From the NCBI RefSeq assembly GCF_009914755.1, contig NC_060947.1: a stretch of 64,000 nt of DNA; one strand, written 5' to 3'. Under the pieces are notes generated by a model. The model worked only from the letters and a program-made list of their open reading frames with translations, was not told where the DNA came from and did no database searches. Of the stretch, positions 15,640 through 31,968 are shown one piece after another. Position numbers and translations under genes: made by a program. This DNA comes from the human T2T-CHM13v2.0 reference genome, Homo sapiens. Within the stretch, counting starts at the first letter, position 1; the number at the start of each line of letters is the position of its first letter.

Positions 15640-16033
15640 AAGTTTAGTTGAGATACAATTCACATACCACACAATGTACCCATCTAATGTGGACAATTTA
15701 ATGTTTTAAAGTATATTCCCAGTGTCCTACAACCATCATCAACATCTAATTTTAGAACAGCTTTATCCCCCCAATAAAAGAAATGCTGTGCCCATTAGCA
15801 GTCACTCCCTTTCCCCCTACCCTTCACCCCTAGCCCCTTGCAACCACTAATTGACTTTCTATCTCTATGAATTTGCCTATTCTGGACATTTCACATAAAT
15901 GGAATCCTACAATATGTGATCCTCTGTGACTGCCTTCTTTCTCTGAGCATGATGTAGCATGTATCAGCAGCTGAATAATACTTTTTAGAGCTGAATACTA
16001 TCCGGTTGTACGGAAATGCATGGATATCCTGCA
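15640..16033 (-). mobile_element. L1M 3' fragment (part 1; continues at 16993)
   Basis: gagatacaattcacatacc...caaccactaattgactttctatctctatgaatttgcctattctggacatttc. Confidence 0.85.
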
Positions 16034-16066
16034 TTTGTTTTTTTGTTTGTTTTTTGTTTGTTTGTT

Positions 16067-17245
<1,179 letters not shown>

Positions 17246-18052
17246 CCTTTTCTTAACTTGAGCTGGTAAAGCCTCCGTGATGGCTCCTGGTAGTTACTAA
17301 ACTAACCATCAAAGTCCTTTCTTGCACACACTTCTGGGTCTGGTCAGGTGAAAAGTGGGAGAGTGTATTTGCCTCACATGATTTCAGAAAAGCCATCAGA
17401 AATTAGAATGGGAAACAAGGAGATTAAGGATATGCATATTAATTAAACATCTAGAATGTAAGTTATTTATTGGTGAGGAAATTTAAAACTTTAAGTTGCA
17501 TCAAATACACACACACAATTCAAGCGGCCATACAAAAATAAAAAACAAACCAAATCAACCAACCAGTCAAACAGAGATTCACAACATCATCCTTGGCATT
17601 TGATCTTCCATCTGTAGCCCCTGAAGTAGTGCAACAATATGAGATATTTGAACCGTTTTTGTAGCTCTTAATAGCAAGAGATATTTTTGGCTATGAAGAC
17701 ATCTAGGTCAAAGCCCTCACACTTGCTTCTTGCTCACAGATGTACAACTATTTCAAAAAAATCTCCAAAACCATATGAATAAACCTTTTATAATCTTAAG
17801 GATTCTTAAGCCTCTAGACAGAGATTGATACAGACCCTGACTTTTAAAGCAAGCTGGGACACCTTCTGGAATTCAAAACACATGCTTGGCCCCTGACAAG
17901 TCAAGCTAGAGTCTGGAGGTGAATTCGGCTGGTTCTTTTACACACGAACCTCGCAACACTCTGACTAGCTCTTTTTGTGTGGCCAGAAAGGTCTTGAGGC
18001 TTCGAGGCTGCAAACAGTTCCTGACCTGTCACTGCTAGACTCAAATAGCCAC

Positions 18053-18351
18053 TTTTTTTTTTTTTTTTTGAGACAGATTCTTGCTTTGTCGCCCAGGCTG
18101 GAGTGTAGTGGTGCAATCCTAGCTCACTGCAGCCTTGATCTCCTGGGCTCAAGCAATCCTCCCACCTCAGTCTCCGGAGTAGATGGGACTGCAGGCACAC
18201 GCCACCACACCCAGCTAATTTTCTTATTTTCTGTAGAGACGAGGTCTTGCCATATTGCTTGGGCTGGTCTCAAACTCCTGGGCTCAAGTGATCCACCCAC
18301 CTCGGCCTCCCAAAGTGCCAGGATTATAGGCGTGAGCCACCCCGCCTGGCC
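18053..18351 (-). mobile_element. AluJ
   Basis: poly(T) tail; gctcactgcagccttgatctcctgggctcaagcaatcc. Confidence 0.92.
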
Positions 18352-18829
18352 AAGTAGCCATCTTCACTTCTTTGCCCTGATGTTTATTATATCCATCAGT
18401 CAGCACTTTTGACTTGCTTTTTTCTGTGACACACGTGACCTGATTTCAGCTAGGTCAGTACAAAGCCAAAAAGGAAAATTGTTTGGGATGTTTCTCTTAT
18501 TCCATTGTCTCTTCCCTATGACCAGACACATTTTCTGGATGGGGAACAATCTCAAGCAGGGGATGGCTGGAAAGTGTTGAGTGAAAACGCAAGACACGAT
18601 GAGAGAGAAAGAATAAGTAAAAATAAAAAAAGAGAGAGAAAAAAGAGTGAAATAGGGAAAGGCTATGTCATAAGACAAAGGTCAAAGTGGGAAAGAGTGG
18701 CAGAGAACAGGGAAAGCAGAGAGAAGAATCTTGAGATGAAGGTCTTAGCAAGTGATAATCTCCTGGGATCTTCTCAGTCGCTATTGATGTCTTTCCCCTA
18801 GGATTGTGCAATAATTTATTGGTAATGCT

Positions 18830-19540
18830 CAAATTGAATTTGCAAATGACTTCAAACCTTAGCAGGAGATACTGGTAGTTTATAGCTTTGCAAATTGAAA
18901 TTGAAACTCAAAGTGCCCTTGATAAACTGCAAAAAAAAAAAAAAAAAAGCAAATAGAAGAAATCCCCTCTAGATTATGCAATAGCACACCAAATGAGTTT
19001 TTTGAAAAATGGAAGAGGAATAAGTGAAACTAGCCAGCTAACTAACAGCAGGCACTGATTCTAGAAGTAAATTGGATATGGAGGTATACTCAAGTGTTGG
19101 TATTTATCCTGAGGAAATCTGGCCATTCAAATGATTTCAAAGATACTCGGCCTAGTTCTGAGCACAATTAAAGGGGGTGTGGGGAACTTGGAAAGAGTTC
19201 AGAGGAAAACCACAAAGATCAAAGAGGTGAAGAAAAGGGAGCTCAGAGGAAAGTCGAGGAGCTGGAAAAATCCAACCTGAAGAAGAGAAGGTAAAGGAGA
19301 TAATTTAATTACGGTCCTCAGCTATAAGACGAGCTTTTCATAGGTGGCCACCTGTTCTCTGTTTCCACTATGGATGGATAGAAAGGCAGGGGCTTAAATA
19401 TGCAATATGGGGGATTTCATTTAGGTATAAGGAATTTCCTGACATGAAAGCTGGTAAATGATGAAATGGGCTCCTGATCATGGACAGGAATAAGGAATAT
19501 TCTTCTTACAAAATAGGTAAAATTCTCACAGGTTTGGAAT
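18830..19540 (+). mobile_element. L3/CR1 LINE 3' fragment (ancient)
   Basis: ggaaagagttcagaggaaaaccacaaagatc...aacctgaagaagagaaggtaaaggaga...taggtataaggaatttcctgac resembles the degenerate CR1 3' end; boundaries approximate. Confidence 0.65.
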
Positions 19541-21462
19541 GGTTTACAGATCTTGCTACCTAGAGTTGGGGGTGGGACAGGGAAGTGGGTATACTCTAAC
19601 ATTCTAGAAGAACAGATTCTGGTACCTTGATTTTGCTTCAGACTTGTGTATGCACCCCTCGCCTGGCCCAATGCCTCACATTTCCCTGGCTTTACACAAA
19701 ATGTCCTCCCTGGCACACCACTTTGAGATGTAATCATCTCCTCTGTGAAAAAGAGCACTGGAAAATATGTTTGGAAGAGCTGGAATTTGTTGAAGGAAAA
19801 TAGTCAGCTAAACAAGACCTACATGAGTGGGGGTGGGGTAAAGGCACCTCGGAGTGCATGCTGGGATTAGGGCTAATTAAGATGTTGACTGAATCTATGC
19901 TAATCATGTCCCACCAGACTCTGCTGGATTAGTATGTAAATTGGTAAACTCTGTTCTGAAATTGCCCTACCAGCTGAGGTCTAATTACTGACTAGACATA
20001 ACAAATAATAATGGGATTTGTATTTTAGGATGTTTAATTATGGAAATATATGTCTGGAAGAAATACCAGCTGTATTGCACAAAAAGAGAATTCATAATGT
20101 TTTACTAAAGTTTTATGAAATTTTACACCTTTAATAAGAGCACCAGGAACAGGGGTGTGTGGGGGGAGTCTTTTCGGAGACCTAGCATTTGTGAAGGGGG
20201 ACCAGAATCGCAATGATTAATTCGCTGCTTGAGTAATTTCCCCAAAGCTCAAAGACTGATTGTTTCAGTGCCGATACACAGCATCTTGTGAGCTTTTAGT
20301 TGTATCACCCAAAGAACTGGAACTCATCCGTGAAGAATAACCAAGATGCCATGGATTTAACTCAACTACTCCATAGCATGCATTCAAATGGAATTAAAAG
20401 CAATAGGGCAATAATCGTTGCAGGAAAGTAAGCCCCTAAAACAATTTTTCTTCACTGAAGTTACTCCATAATATTGAAATCATTAAATTTATAAATCAGA
20501 AAATGGTTAGTCCAGTCCTGAAGCAAAGGCATGTATTGCATGGTTTTAGAGAAAAGCAGCTTGAGCTCTAGAATTCACTGAATACGCATCTTGGGACAGA
20601 AACTTCTTTGCAACCATTTATTACATCATTCTGTGACCCACCCTTTCCAAAAAGTAACATACAAAGAGTTATAAACAGAGTTTTGGTAGAGCTGTAATAG
20701 CTGCCTGTATTTGCTTGCCATAGTGCTATTACTCACATAATTTTAAAGGCTTATGGGTGATCATTAAATCTTTATTAGGTTTTACATTATAAAATAAATT
20801 ATTCATGTCGTTCTAATACATACTGGTATCTTTACAGCCCTTTTGCCCACATTTGGATAAACAAATCCTATTTGCATATCATTTTTATTTTAATTTAAGG
20901 CAATTTTGTTGTGAAAATATAAGGCTTAAATGCCTATTATGTTCCAATTATGTTCCAATTTCCCACACTTTTCTTGGTTCTATACAGTACTTTACAAATA
21001 AGGTAAAGTTCACATAATTTAAAAAGACGGATGATTTCCTTTTACTTAGAAGTTTTAGAATGTTTGCTCTTGCTGTTATATGGCAAGGCAATAGATATTA
21101 TCAAATAAAATTTAGTGAGCAAGCTTGTGTTTGCAGTAGCTTCACGCCTCTGTACATTTGAAGTTACACATGTATATGGAAATTAAATTTGTTGATCACT
21201 TTAACAAATTTGTGAATTAGCAAAAATAAAGCACTAATTTTTCCTTGTGGTACAGAACTATAGGGAAGAATAATACAGTATTACTTTGATGTAAGGATAT
21301 CTAACCTTTGTATTGGTAAGTCATTGAATAAAATAATTTTTCATTAAGGGCTTATGCTATTAGTCTTTGCAGATCTTATCAGCACATTGATAACTGTATT
21401 TATTTAGGTTTCAATAGTAGATTTTAGTTTCTTGTTTCGTTAGTCTTAGAAATCTAGGACAC

Positions 21463-21780
<318 letters not shown>

Positions 21781-23769
21781 AGAAATCTAGGACACGTTTG
21801 ATTCCCTGATGATGGATGAATAAATCTGAACAAACTTTCCCTTTCAACATCATAGTCAGTTCTCACCTTCAAGCATTGCCATTAAGCTTGCATGATGTCA
21901 TCCTGTAGGCAATGTATCACTAAAAACATTATTTTAAATGCTATTTTCCCATGCCCCAAGGCACCTGTCAGTAATTATATGTTATTTTCTATTAAAACTA
22001 ATTGTGACCCACTCTCAGCATTGAACCCAGGGTCAGATACTCTGGTATAATAATTCTAGCTTTGTCCTCTTCTTGTCATGAGTATTGGGTGAAGTCAGAG
22101 TGCTGTGAGAACATTTAGAAGGTTCACAGAAAGTGTTTCACCAACACATAGGTAAGCAGTGTGTAAGCCTGAACAGATGTCACCTTGAATGGAAATCTTT
22201 CAGGGATTGGGTAGACAGCTATGGTATAAATCTCATATTTTTTGCAAATCTCACTTTGAAGCAAATTCTACAATTCCAGAGAGTAATCTTTTCAACAAAT
22301 AGACTTTGAAATCCCCTCTCTATCTTTAAGGCAAGCTGTAGATTATCTTGATAAATAGCAATATTGATTTTAGCATAGAGATAATTGCCCCAAGATATAC
22401 CTACCATTGGTCATGGGGATATAACCAAACTCTCCTAGTTTGCTGTTCCAAATGAAGAAATATGGAGTCCTTCCTCAGTGGCTTTGAATATCTGTCTTAG
22501 CTAAGTAGGTTAAAGGACATGGGAGCAAGTCTTCTGGGCTGAGACAGAAGACAGGAGTTCAAGTCTAGCTGGGCCATTCTCTGAGATTCTCCTTCTTCCA
22601 CTGTAAAGAGGGTCTTTCCGAACAAGAATTGCAAGGAACAAATGGAATAAAATGTGTCCCTTTCACATAGTAGATACCAAATAATTGTTTGTTAAATACA
22701 TGTCTAGTAGAAAAGGTTAAATGTGAATCTTTCTGTTACACAAATTAAAAAGCAAACTTAAATGGCAAGGTCTCATATCTTCCTGGTGATCTGGCTATAA
22801 AAGAATAAAAACCACATTCCTTTCAGTAATATCTCTTGGTAAGAAATTTATTACCTAATGATTACCACAGTGCTTTTTAAAGCCCATAAGTAAATAGTCT
22901 ATAATTCCATATTATAGCTTCTACAAAGATACAGAATATTAAAGAAAATAAAAGAGAATGTAAAAAAAAATAAGTTTACATCTATCTTTCTTGGCATGAT
23001 TTTCTTTTAAAGACCCACCTATATTGAGTGATACTGAAATCTTCACACGCCCAGGGCAGCTCCACCCAACAACTAGTCAATGATAATGATAATGAAGAAC
23101 AACTACGTCAAGGTATCAAGATCTTACAAAATGTAAGCATCATTTTAGGATTCCTAAGGCATTTAAAAATTTTATTCAAAGGGAGCTCTGTCCCAACATT
23201 CTTTAAACACACACATAGCAGAGTGAGAGACCTTGGGATTCAAATTTCACCCTGCCATTATTTTATAGTGTTGTTGGAAATGGGAGAATGCAAGTGCATA
23301 ACACATTAAGTCATTCAATGAATGTACACAATGGCTCTGCATCCCATCATCTTGACCTTCTTATTGCCTTGTTCTTTCCCACTCTCTTTTAGAAAAGAAC
23401 TATGCTCTCACTTCATATTTATCCAGAGGGCCTTGGAACCATTTAATTTTTGGTCATCTATTTTTTATGATTGCAATATGGTTTTCTCAGTGTGGTTATA
23501 AATTCTTAGACAGCAGGGAAATAAGAACTTTCTCCAATTTTGCCCTGATGTCCAGGCTTCCAGGCTAATGCTCCATATAAATGTTTTATTTTGTCATGGA
23601 TCACACCCTACTGATAGCCAGGCTTCTACAGGAATGTGCCTCAGAAAAATTCACAGTTCATCTTGATAGCAGTAATTGCTAACCCTGTGGTTTGCTCCCG
23701 CCCCCATTAAATGTACAGGTAGCTCTCATACTAAATATCTCACAAAATTATAATTGTTTGTTAAGCAAG

Positions 23770-24015
23770 GCAGTAGAGTGTAAGAATTAAAACCATGGAT
23801 TCTGGAACCAGACTACTTGACTTCAACTGCCTTCTCTCTCCTTACAAATTGCATGATGTTGGGCAAATCACGTAAGGTCTCCTTGCTTCAGTTTCTTCAT
23901 CAGAAAACTGAGATGATAATGTTACTAGTGTCTACCAAAGAGGGTTGATATGAAAATTAAATGTAGTGTGCTTGGAAGAAGCTAAAGTACTCAGTGAATA
24001 TGAGTTATTCCTATT
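23770..24015 (+). mobile_element. MIR
   Basis: ttgggcaaatcac...gcttcagtttcttcatcagaaaactgagatgataat core. Confidence 0.75.
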
Positions 24016-24467
24016 ATTATTACTGGTGTCTTCACAGATGGGCTTTTAGCTTCTTAGGAGAAAAGGTGTTTCTGGCCGGTGTTCTATCCCCAGGTCCTAG
24101 TGCAGCATACACACATCTTCTCAGAGTCCCCCATCCTCTCTACCTCCCCATCATCTACCTGAGATATCCAAGTCACAAACCTCTTCCTCTCAGCTGTCCT
24201 GCCAATGCACTGTCCTTAGTATTTCTCAAACTTCTTGTCCTTTTCTCTACAGATTCTCTCAGAAGTCATGTTCTCGACCTCTCTCTCCTGCATTCCAACA
24301 GGCAGCCTAGTTGGGCCTCCATCTCCATAGGGCTCTCTCAGTGAGCTTTCTAACATGGAAACCTGATCATTTTCATTTCACCTCTCCACTTGAAATATTT
24401 CCATGGCTCCCTACTGCCTACAAGATCATGGAATAAATACATATCAAGTTAATATAAAGAAATTTGT

Positions 24468-24763
24468 GTCTGGGCATGGTGGCTCACACCTATAACCCTA
24501 GCACTTTGGGAGGCTGTGGCAGGTGGACCGCTTGAGCCCAGGAGTTCCAGACCAGCCTAGGCAACATGGTGAAACCCCATGTCTGCAAAAAATACAAAAA
24601 TTAGCTGAGCGTGGTGGTGCATGCCTATAGTCCCAGCTACTCAGGAGGCTGAGGTGGGAGGATCACTTGACCACAGGAAGTTGAGGCTGCAGTGAGCCAT
24701 GTTTGCACCACTGCACTCCAATCTGGGTGACAGAGCGAGATCCTGTCTCAAAAAAAAAAAAAA
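24468..24763 (+). mobile_element. AluJ
   Basis: cgcttgagcccaggagtt, gaggctgcagtgagccatg, poly(A) tail. Confidence 0.92.
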
Positions 24764-24775
24764 TTGAAAGAAGAT

Positions 24776-25573
<798 letters not shown>

Positions 25574-26239
25574 CAAGGCAATTGGATAGATAGTGCTGAC
25601 TAAATAATTGTGTTGCGGTAAATGAATGACTATACTATGAGAGTACCAGACTAATGCACTGATATATTTAGAATTCTTTTTATTAATGATGTGTTATGAT
25701 TTTCTTTCCCTCAACCAGTAACTTCAGATGGGGGTAAGGGATGCATTTTTCTACAACTCCATCCTGTCTTCTGCTCACCTGCTGGGGGCAGAAAGTGAGG
25801 CTGTGTCGGTATAGAAACCTAGATCTTTATACAAGCAGATCTCTATACAAACAAATATGTCACAGCGTACATGCAGACCGGGGCTCCCTACTGGATAGCT
25901 GGTGGAAACCAGGGCAGGCATGGCCAGAAACCAAACTAAACCAAGTCTGTAATTTCTCTTAACTGAGCAAATCTAAAATACTGTATTCTGTATTTTAACC
26001 TAATATGATGTTTCTACCTTGATGTTTCAAAAGCCATTTTTACACGTAAATACATATGGTGCCTGTCCAATCCATAGTTACATGTGTTGGCTCTCTGATC
26101 ATAAAGGAAGATAGGGAACAGGCAGAAGCTGTCAAGGGAGATTCTCTGGAAGCATTAAGGTAAGCTATAGTGAGTTCTCAATTGATACGAGATCTGGGAA
26201 GAAAGACATGGCTGGTAAGAGAGCAATATAGAAGTGTGC

Positions 26240-26455
26240 TAAAAAGTGCTTTTGTGGAGCAGGGAACAGATTTGGGTTTGCTACCTTAGTAGTGTGGCAT
26301 GAATTTATTCTTAAATTCTCTGGTCCTTCATTCCATCATCTTTAAAATGGGCCCAATAATACCTATTTTGCAGTATTGTTGAGAAGAGTAAATGATAACA
26401 TGCTTGTAAAGGGGCCAGGGCAGTGTCTGGTATATGGTGGATTCAAGACATGTTC
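26240..26455 (+). mobile_element. MIR
   Basis: ccatcatctttaaaatgggcccaataatacctatttt...aaatgataacatgcttgtaaag. Confidence 0.65.
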
Positions 26456-28759
26456 ATTTCTTTCCCATGATTCTTTTTTCTTACTGACATTATTGCAAAT
26501 TATGTGTATTATTATGATATATCAAAACATTTAACAAAAGTCATCTAACAGAAAAAACTAATACATCAAGAAAAAAATGAGAAGGAACAGTAATTTATAA
26601 GCTCTAAAGATTAAGGATGCTGGAATGTTTTGTTCTGTATTTTCCCAATTTGTGCAATGGCAAGGTTAATTCACGAGAAACCTTTCTTTTGAATTATTTA
26701 AATGGCCAGTGATGAGAATAACACACAGTGGGTCTTGTGCAATGTGAGAGGGTTATTGATTAACTCAGCTCACAGGTTCCAAGTAGCCAGTAACATATTT
26801 TAATGTATCAATAATTCAGAAGAATTAAGAGTTTTTCGTTGTTGCTGAAACCACATTCGCAACTGAACCACGGGAGCTGGCAAACAATTGTTAGAACAGC
26901 ACGAGTTGGTCTTTCCCTTCTAGCCTTGGTCGCCTCTGCAATAAACTCCACAAAACATAGCTTTCATCTCTAACAGCAAACGTGTGCCATATGAGTGACA
27001 CCCAAGCACTCAATAAATATATGCCAGATTAATGATAACCTCATAAGGCAGTAGTGAAAAATGGCCAAAGTATTTCAGAAGATCAACCTGGAAAGAAAAT
27101 CAATTCTAATAAACTTGACGCTCTCAGGTTCAAATATAATAATGAAGGTAAATAGTCTTTATAACCAGAATGAGCATGGGGTGGAGAATAGTGAATAATG
27201 TTGATCAAAACCTGAAAACTTCACAGTTCACAGATAAATTGATTAACTGTTATCTCACACTCAGGACTCCCAAATTGACTGCCAGCATTCCGTAAACAAT
27301 TCCTAAAGGCAAAGATAACATCGTTTGGTTGAATTAGCATTTTCAGTTGAGAAAAGAATAAAAAACTGAAATTGAAAGGGAATTGACTTTCATTTTTTGG
27401 CAAAGGATATCTCAGGCAAATAATTATTTCATTTTAAAAGAAAAAGCATATATTTTTTCAGGTTTTCATATCAATGTGCATGCAAAGAAACTGTATTTAA
27501 ATAGTTTATAACCTGTAGTTGAAACCTATATTTTATAACCTATAGTTTAAATAACCTGGTTGTTATTAATGAAATAAATGGCATGCATTTTCAATTTTTG
27601 AATATTCTAATAAGCACATCATCTTAAGACTGTAGAATTAAGTAAACTGAAGTAACAGTTGCAGACTTGAATAATTTGTGTTGAATCATTTTACTTGATC
27701 AGTGTTTTCATGATGGGCAGATTCAACTGAAATGATAATAAGTGTATTGGCATATGTTAAGTTTAGAAACAAAACATCCATCATCAGAACTTTGCATTTA
27801 GCAATGCTTCTAGTTTTATTTTAATGAGGAGGAAAAAATGCAGAGAGCCCCCTAAATTAGGCAGCACTCAAATTTTCTCAGGGCAAAAACAACAACAAAG
27901 ATTACCACCCTGTCTTGGGGATGGGGGAGGGTGCGCAGAGTTTTTAGGAATTTGGTTCTCAGCTATGAGGAAAGGCTTCTGGACTTGTCCATCACAGAAA
28001 CAACAGCTGTCTGCCACTTCTCTCTTCTTCACACAGCCCCCAACTCCAAACACGCCTCTCAGAAGGACTTTTGTAGCTTGCTTAAGGGATAATTTGCTTC
28101 AGACTGAATCAATATATTTCTAAACTCTTCAGGCTCAAGTTTGCCAGGATATGATAAAAGGATATATTTATATGTGTGTGTATACATATACATTTTAAAT
28201 ATATAAGTAATATAAATAATGTATTCTATATATATCTTCACACAAATATGAAAGTCAGCTCTAGAAATAACAGAATGGAATTAGGGAGTAAGAAGCAACA
28301 TTTGCCCAAGAAGGCTGTGTGCATGAGCTGATTCTTTGAAAATGTTGAAGGAAACGTGTACCTATTCTTTCTGACTCTAGGGCAGCTTCCTCATTTCTTC
28401 TTTCCAATTAGAACTCCTCTGCATACAGACAAAGAATATAAAGTTCTTCAAGTTCCATTTTCCTCACTTGAGTGTGAACACTCTCCCCTCCTTTCACAGT
28501 GTCTTGAACTTGCGCTAGGTACTACTTGGATTTTTAACAGTGGCTTGGATCTGAACGGCTCTTGTTACAAAACAGGTGATACATACAATGGCAAAAATAC
28601 ATTCTCACAGGAAACAGACAATTGAAAAATTTCCAGAAGGACCGGGTTTTTCTCTCACTCTCCTGAAGTTGTACCCCCCAAACTAATCAAATTGAGATAG
28701 AAATGCTTTAAAGATCCGAGTATCTGATAGATAAGTGCATTCCTCTATGGGGTATAGTT

Positions 28760-29400
28760 TTTGCGTGGGCATGCGTTTTGCTTAAGTCAGTTGCTCAGAA
28801 GTGATGCTAATCAAGTTTGGGAAAAGTAAAATTGTTCTGTGGCTACCAGCCCTTTGTACCAGAAACAGCGCCGTCCTCATACACCAGACAGAGACGATGC
28901 AGGACGTCCGCAGAGTCACTAACCAACTTCCCTCCCTTCTGACCCCTGCGCTTCAGTAAAGCAATTACAGTAGCATCCCAGAGCAGTAGAGAATAAAATG
29001 AGCCTTACCAGTTTCTCCTAGTGTGGACGAAAGGAAACAACCCCTCAGCTGCTCTAGGCCAGGCAACTGGGTCTCAGACTTACTTGACTGAGGGGACTCT
29101 GAAAGCTGAAGTCTTCCTTCCCTCTGTTTGATTTCTTCCCAGCAACCTCTCCCAGGATTTTTCTCACAAAGCACTCTCCTATTCTCTAATCCTCTCACAA
29201 GGAAAACCAGCACACACACCAAATGACTTCTGCAGAAGCGCCTCTCCTGGGGAGCTAGGAGGGGAGGGGTGGAAGGGGGGTGTTTGCTGGCATTCATTCC
29301 TGCCAGGCGAATCCTCAGGGAGTCATGGATCCCAGCCCTCTGGACTCCTCATCGACTGGAATACGATAGGTCATGGCGAGGCACGGAGGTGTGCATTTGC
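28760..29400 (-). promoter_or_regulatory. Candidate promoter / non-coding first exon of a minus-strand transcript
   Basis: Repeat-free; about 15 CpGs; G-rich GC/CACCC-box tract at 29249-29280; minus-strand donors CAA|GTAAGT (exon end 29084) and CTG|GTAAGG (exon end 29009). Confidence 0.45.
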
Positions 29401-31049
29401 TTCTTCCTATATCTCCAAACCCTGGTCACTATCCCTCAGGGATGGGAGAGGGGACACCTCAGCTTCAAACTTCATCTGAGTCTTATGACCCTTTATACTC
29501 CCTCCCATAACAGAGTAATTCCAAACGAGTTATGTAGAAATCAGCTAGACGCTTCCCAAATCTATCTGGCACCTCATTTTAAGAGCCCTTGACAATTTAT
29601 AGCAGCTGCTTGTTTTTAACTTATCCAAAAGCTGAAAACAGATTGCAAACATCAAGAAAAGGTGGAATATCATATATGAAAAAGTGATCGATATGTACTA
29701 TCAAACATCTGGAAAATTACTGTCTTTATGAAAATTCATTTTTTTAAAAATCATGTTTCTAAAATACCAAATAAAATTGCTAAGTTGTAAGGCATGACCT
29801 TCTTTAAGATATGGATTTTACCTTATCTTCCCAGGACAGGATTTGCACTTGCATTTGAAAATAATATTCACACTTTATAAATTCAAATCCTCTTCTAACT
29901 TAAGGCAAATATCTTACATATATTCCAGATATGCTATAATCAATCTGGAATTCCCACTTACCCCTCCAGTTTTTAAAAAGAAGACTTACCTTTTTATTAC
30001 GTCATTTAAAACCCTGAAACGAATAAACCACAGTGGAGACAAGCAGATGGCAGTCTTCTACATTTTGCAATGAGGGCTGTTTGCCTTGGAGTCATTATTT
30101 CTAAGGAGACGCTGCTGTGCTTGTGCCTGTGTTCGGCAGCATGCCATTTGGGGCTTTGAAACAAAATGAATCAGCTTCACACCACCAGCTCCACTACATA
30201 CTAACACTTCAGAATACCCAAACTGGGGCAGGCTGCCTCTTTCATAGTGACCCTGCATAGAATCAGAGGTGACGGTTTGATGGATGAGTTTCCCAAGAGA
30301 CAATGCAATCTGTGACATCACAGTTCTGGCCGCACCCCCCACCCCAGGCCCCTGTCCTGCCTCTCCTCTCCAGAAAAAAAAATTGCCTCTGCTTGGTGAC
30401 AATGCCATCTCAATAGCAAAAATGAGTCTGAGGTGCATAGCAAATGCTATAACTTAGCTATCTTTCTTAACCTCAGTTTTCTGATTCCCCTTTGCTGGAG
30501 TAATGGGAGTAGGATGAGATGAACATACTAGGCAGAGAATTCAGACAAAACCAAACAAAAGCACAGAACTCAATATTCTAAAAAGTTTGTAACATGATAG
30601 CAGAATAATAACCTTCAAAAGGAGCACTACTGAACACTAGCTCAATGATACTAATATCTTTGTTATACGCAATTTAAGACATTTTGCCATAAAATTATAT
30701 GTAAGCAACTACAAAAATACTTAAAGTGTCTATATCATGTGTTTCAGCCTTACTAGAACTCATTTAGCATCATAATTTTCTTGATATAAAATAGTTTCCT
30801 TTCCCTCCTTTTCCTTGGCCATTTTGCTCTATTCTCAGTTGTTCTCTGTACCAGTACCTGCCACCGGTCTTAACATTTAAAATAATACCTGGATAATCCA
30901 TTTGAATTTTGGATACAAACTTACTTGTGAGTAAAAGCTCTAATATCTTTCTGACTCTCACCATCACCTCTATCCTTTTCACCTACATTCATCTCAGATG
31001 TCCAGTACAAAGAGAGTAAAAAATCTAGAAGATATTTATGTCTGTATCT

Positions 31050-31950
31050 ATAGCTACACCTATATATCTCTATGATCAATAAATGTATCTACATAAACAT
31101 TTTAAAAACCTTTTCCATGGCAAAATAAAACAGCATATGTCAAGTCAAAAGAAATAATGAACTGGGACAGAGGGCCCATCTCCTTCATGTTTAATGAATG
31201 CCTAAACTTGGAAAAGAGAAAAAAACCTACCACCCAAAAGAAAAACGGGCAAAGGTTATGAAACAAAAGGAGACATATAATTAGTCTTTAAATGCATGGA
31301 AAGGTGTTCTTTCTCACTTGCAATAAAATCAATGTAAATTAAAACTACACCGAAGTATAATTTATTGCCTGTCAGAGTGGACTAAATTCAAAGGTTTGGC
31401 TCATACACCATTGATGAGGCTCTGGGGAAATGGGCACTTTTATAGGTTGCTGCTGGGAGTATAATATACCACCACCAATCTGGGGTTGGGGGAGAGATTT
31501 GGCAATCTAACAAATTTATAGATGCATGGACCCTTCCTCCCAGCAATCCCACTTCTAGGCACCTATTCTACACAATCACCAGAGAAAGCAAGAAATGTCA
31601 TATTTTCAAGCAATACAAGGAACCCACACAAATGGGCAGCAGTAGATTGACTAATCTGTGGCATATCTATATAGTGAAGTACTATGCAATGGCAAAATGG
31701 AATATCAGATCTCTATGTACTAATATAGACAGATGCCCAGGCAATGAAAACAAAGTGCTGAAGAGGGCATGGGGCTGAGGGAAATAAGAGAGGTGCAGTG
31801 GGAGGATGAAGTCTATATATGCATAGGCTTGTATTTGCAAAAACAGGAACTCTCGAAGGATCAATAAGAATCTAATAAAGATAGTTTCTTATAGGGGAAG
31901 GGAAGGATTGTGGTTAAAAGGGCAGAAACAGACGTGAGATTCCTGTAGGT
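31050..31950 (+). mobile_element. Old L1M (L1ME-like) 3' fragment
   Basis: aaaagaaaaacgggcaaagg...cccagcaatcccacttctagg...aatactatgc-like 3' motifs; boundaries approximate. Confidence 0.7.
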
Positions 31951-31968
31951 TTACTCATCCTCTTATGT

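Noticed and set aside
18860-18948. Second minus-strand poly(T)-GCAG acceptor-like site
   Set aside because: Lies within the L3 remnant with no convincing downstream donor; it shows such motifs can be coincidental.
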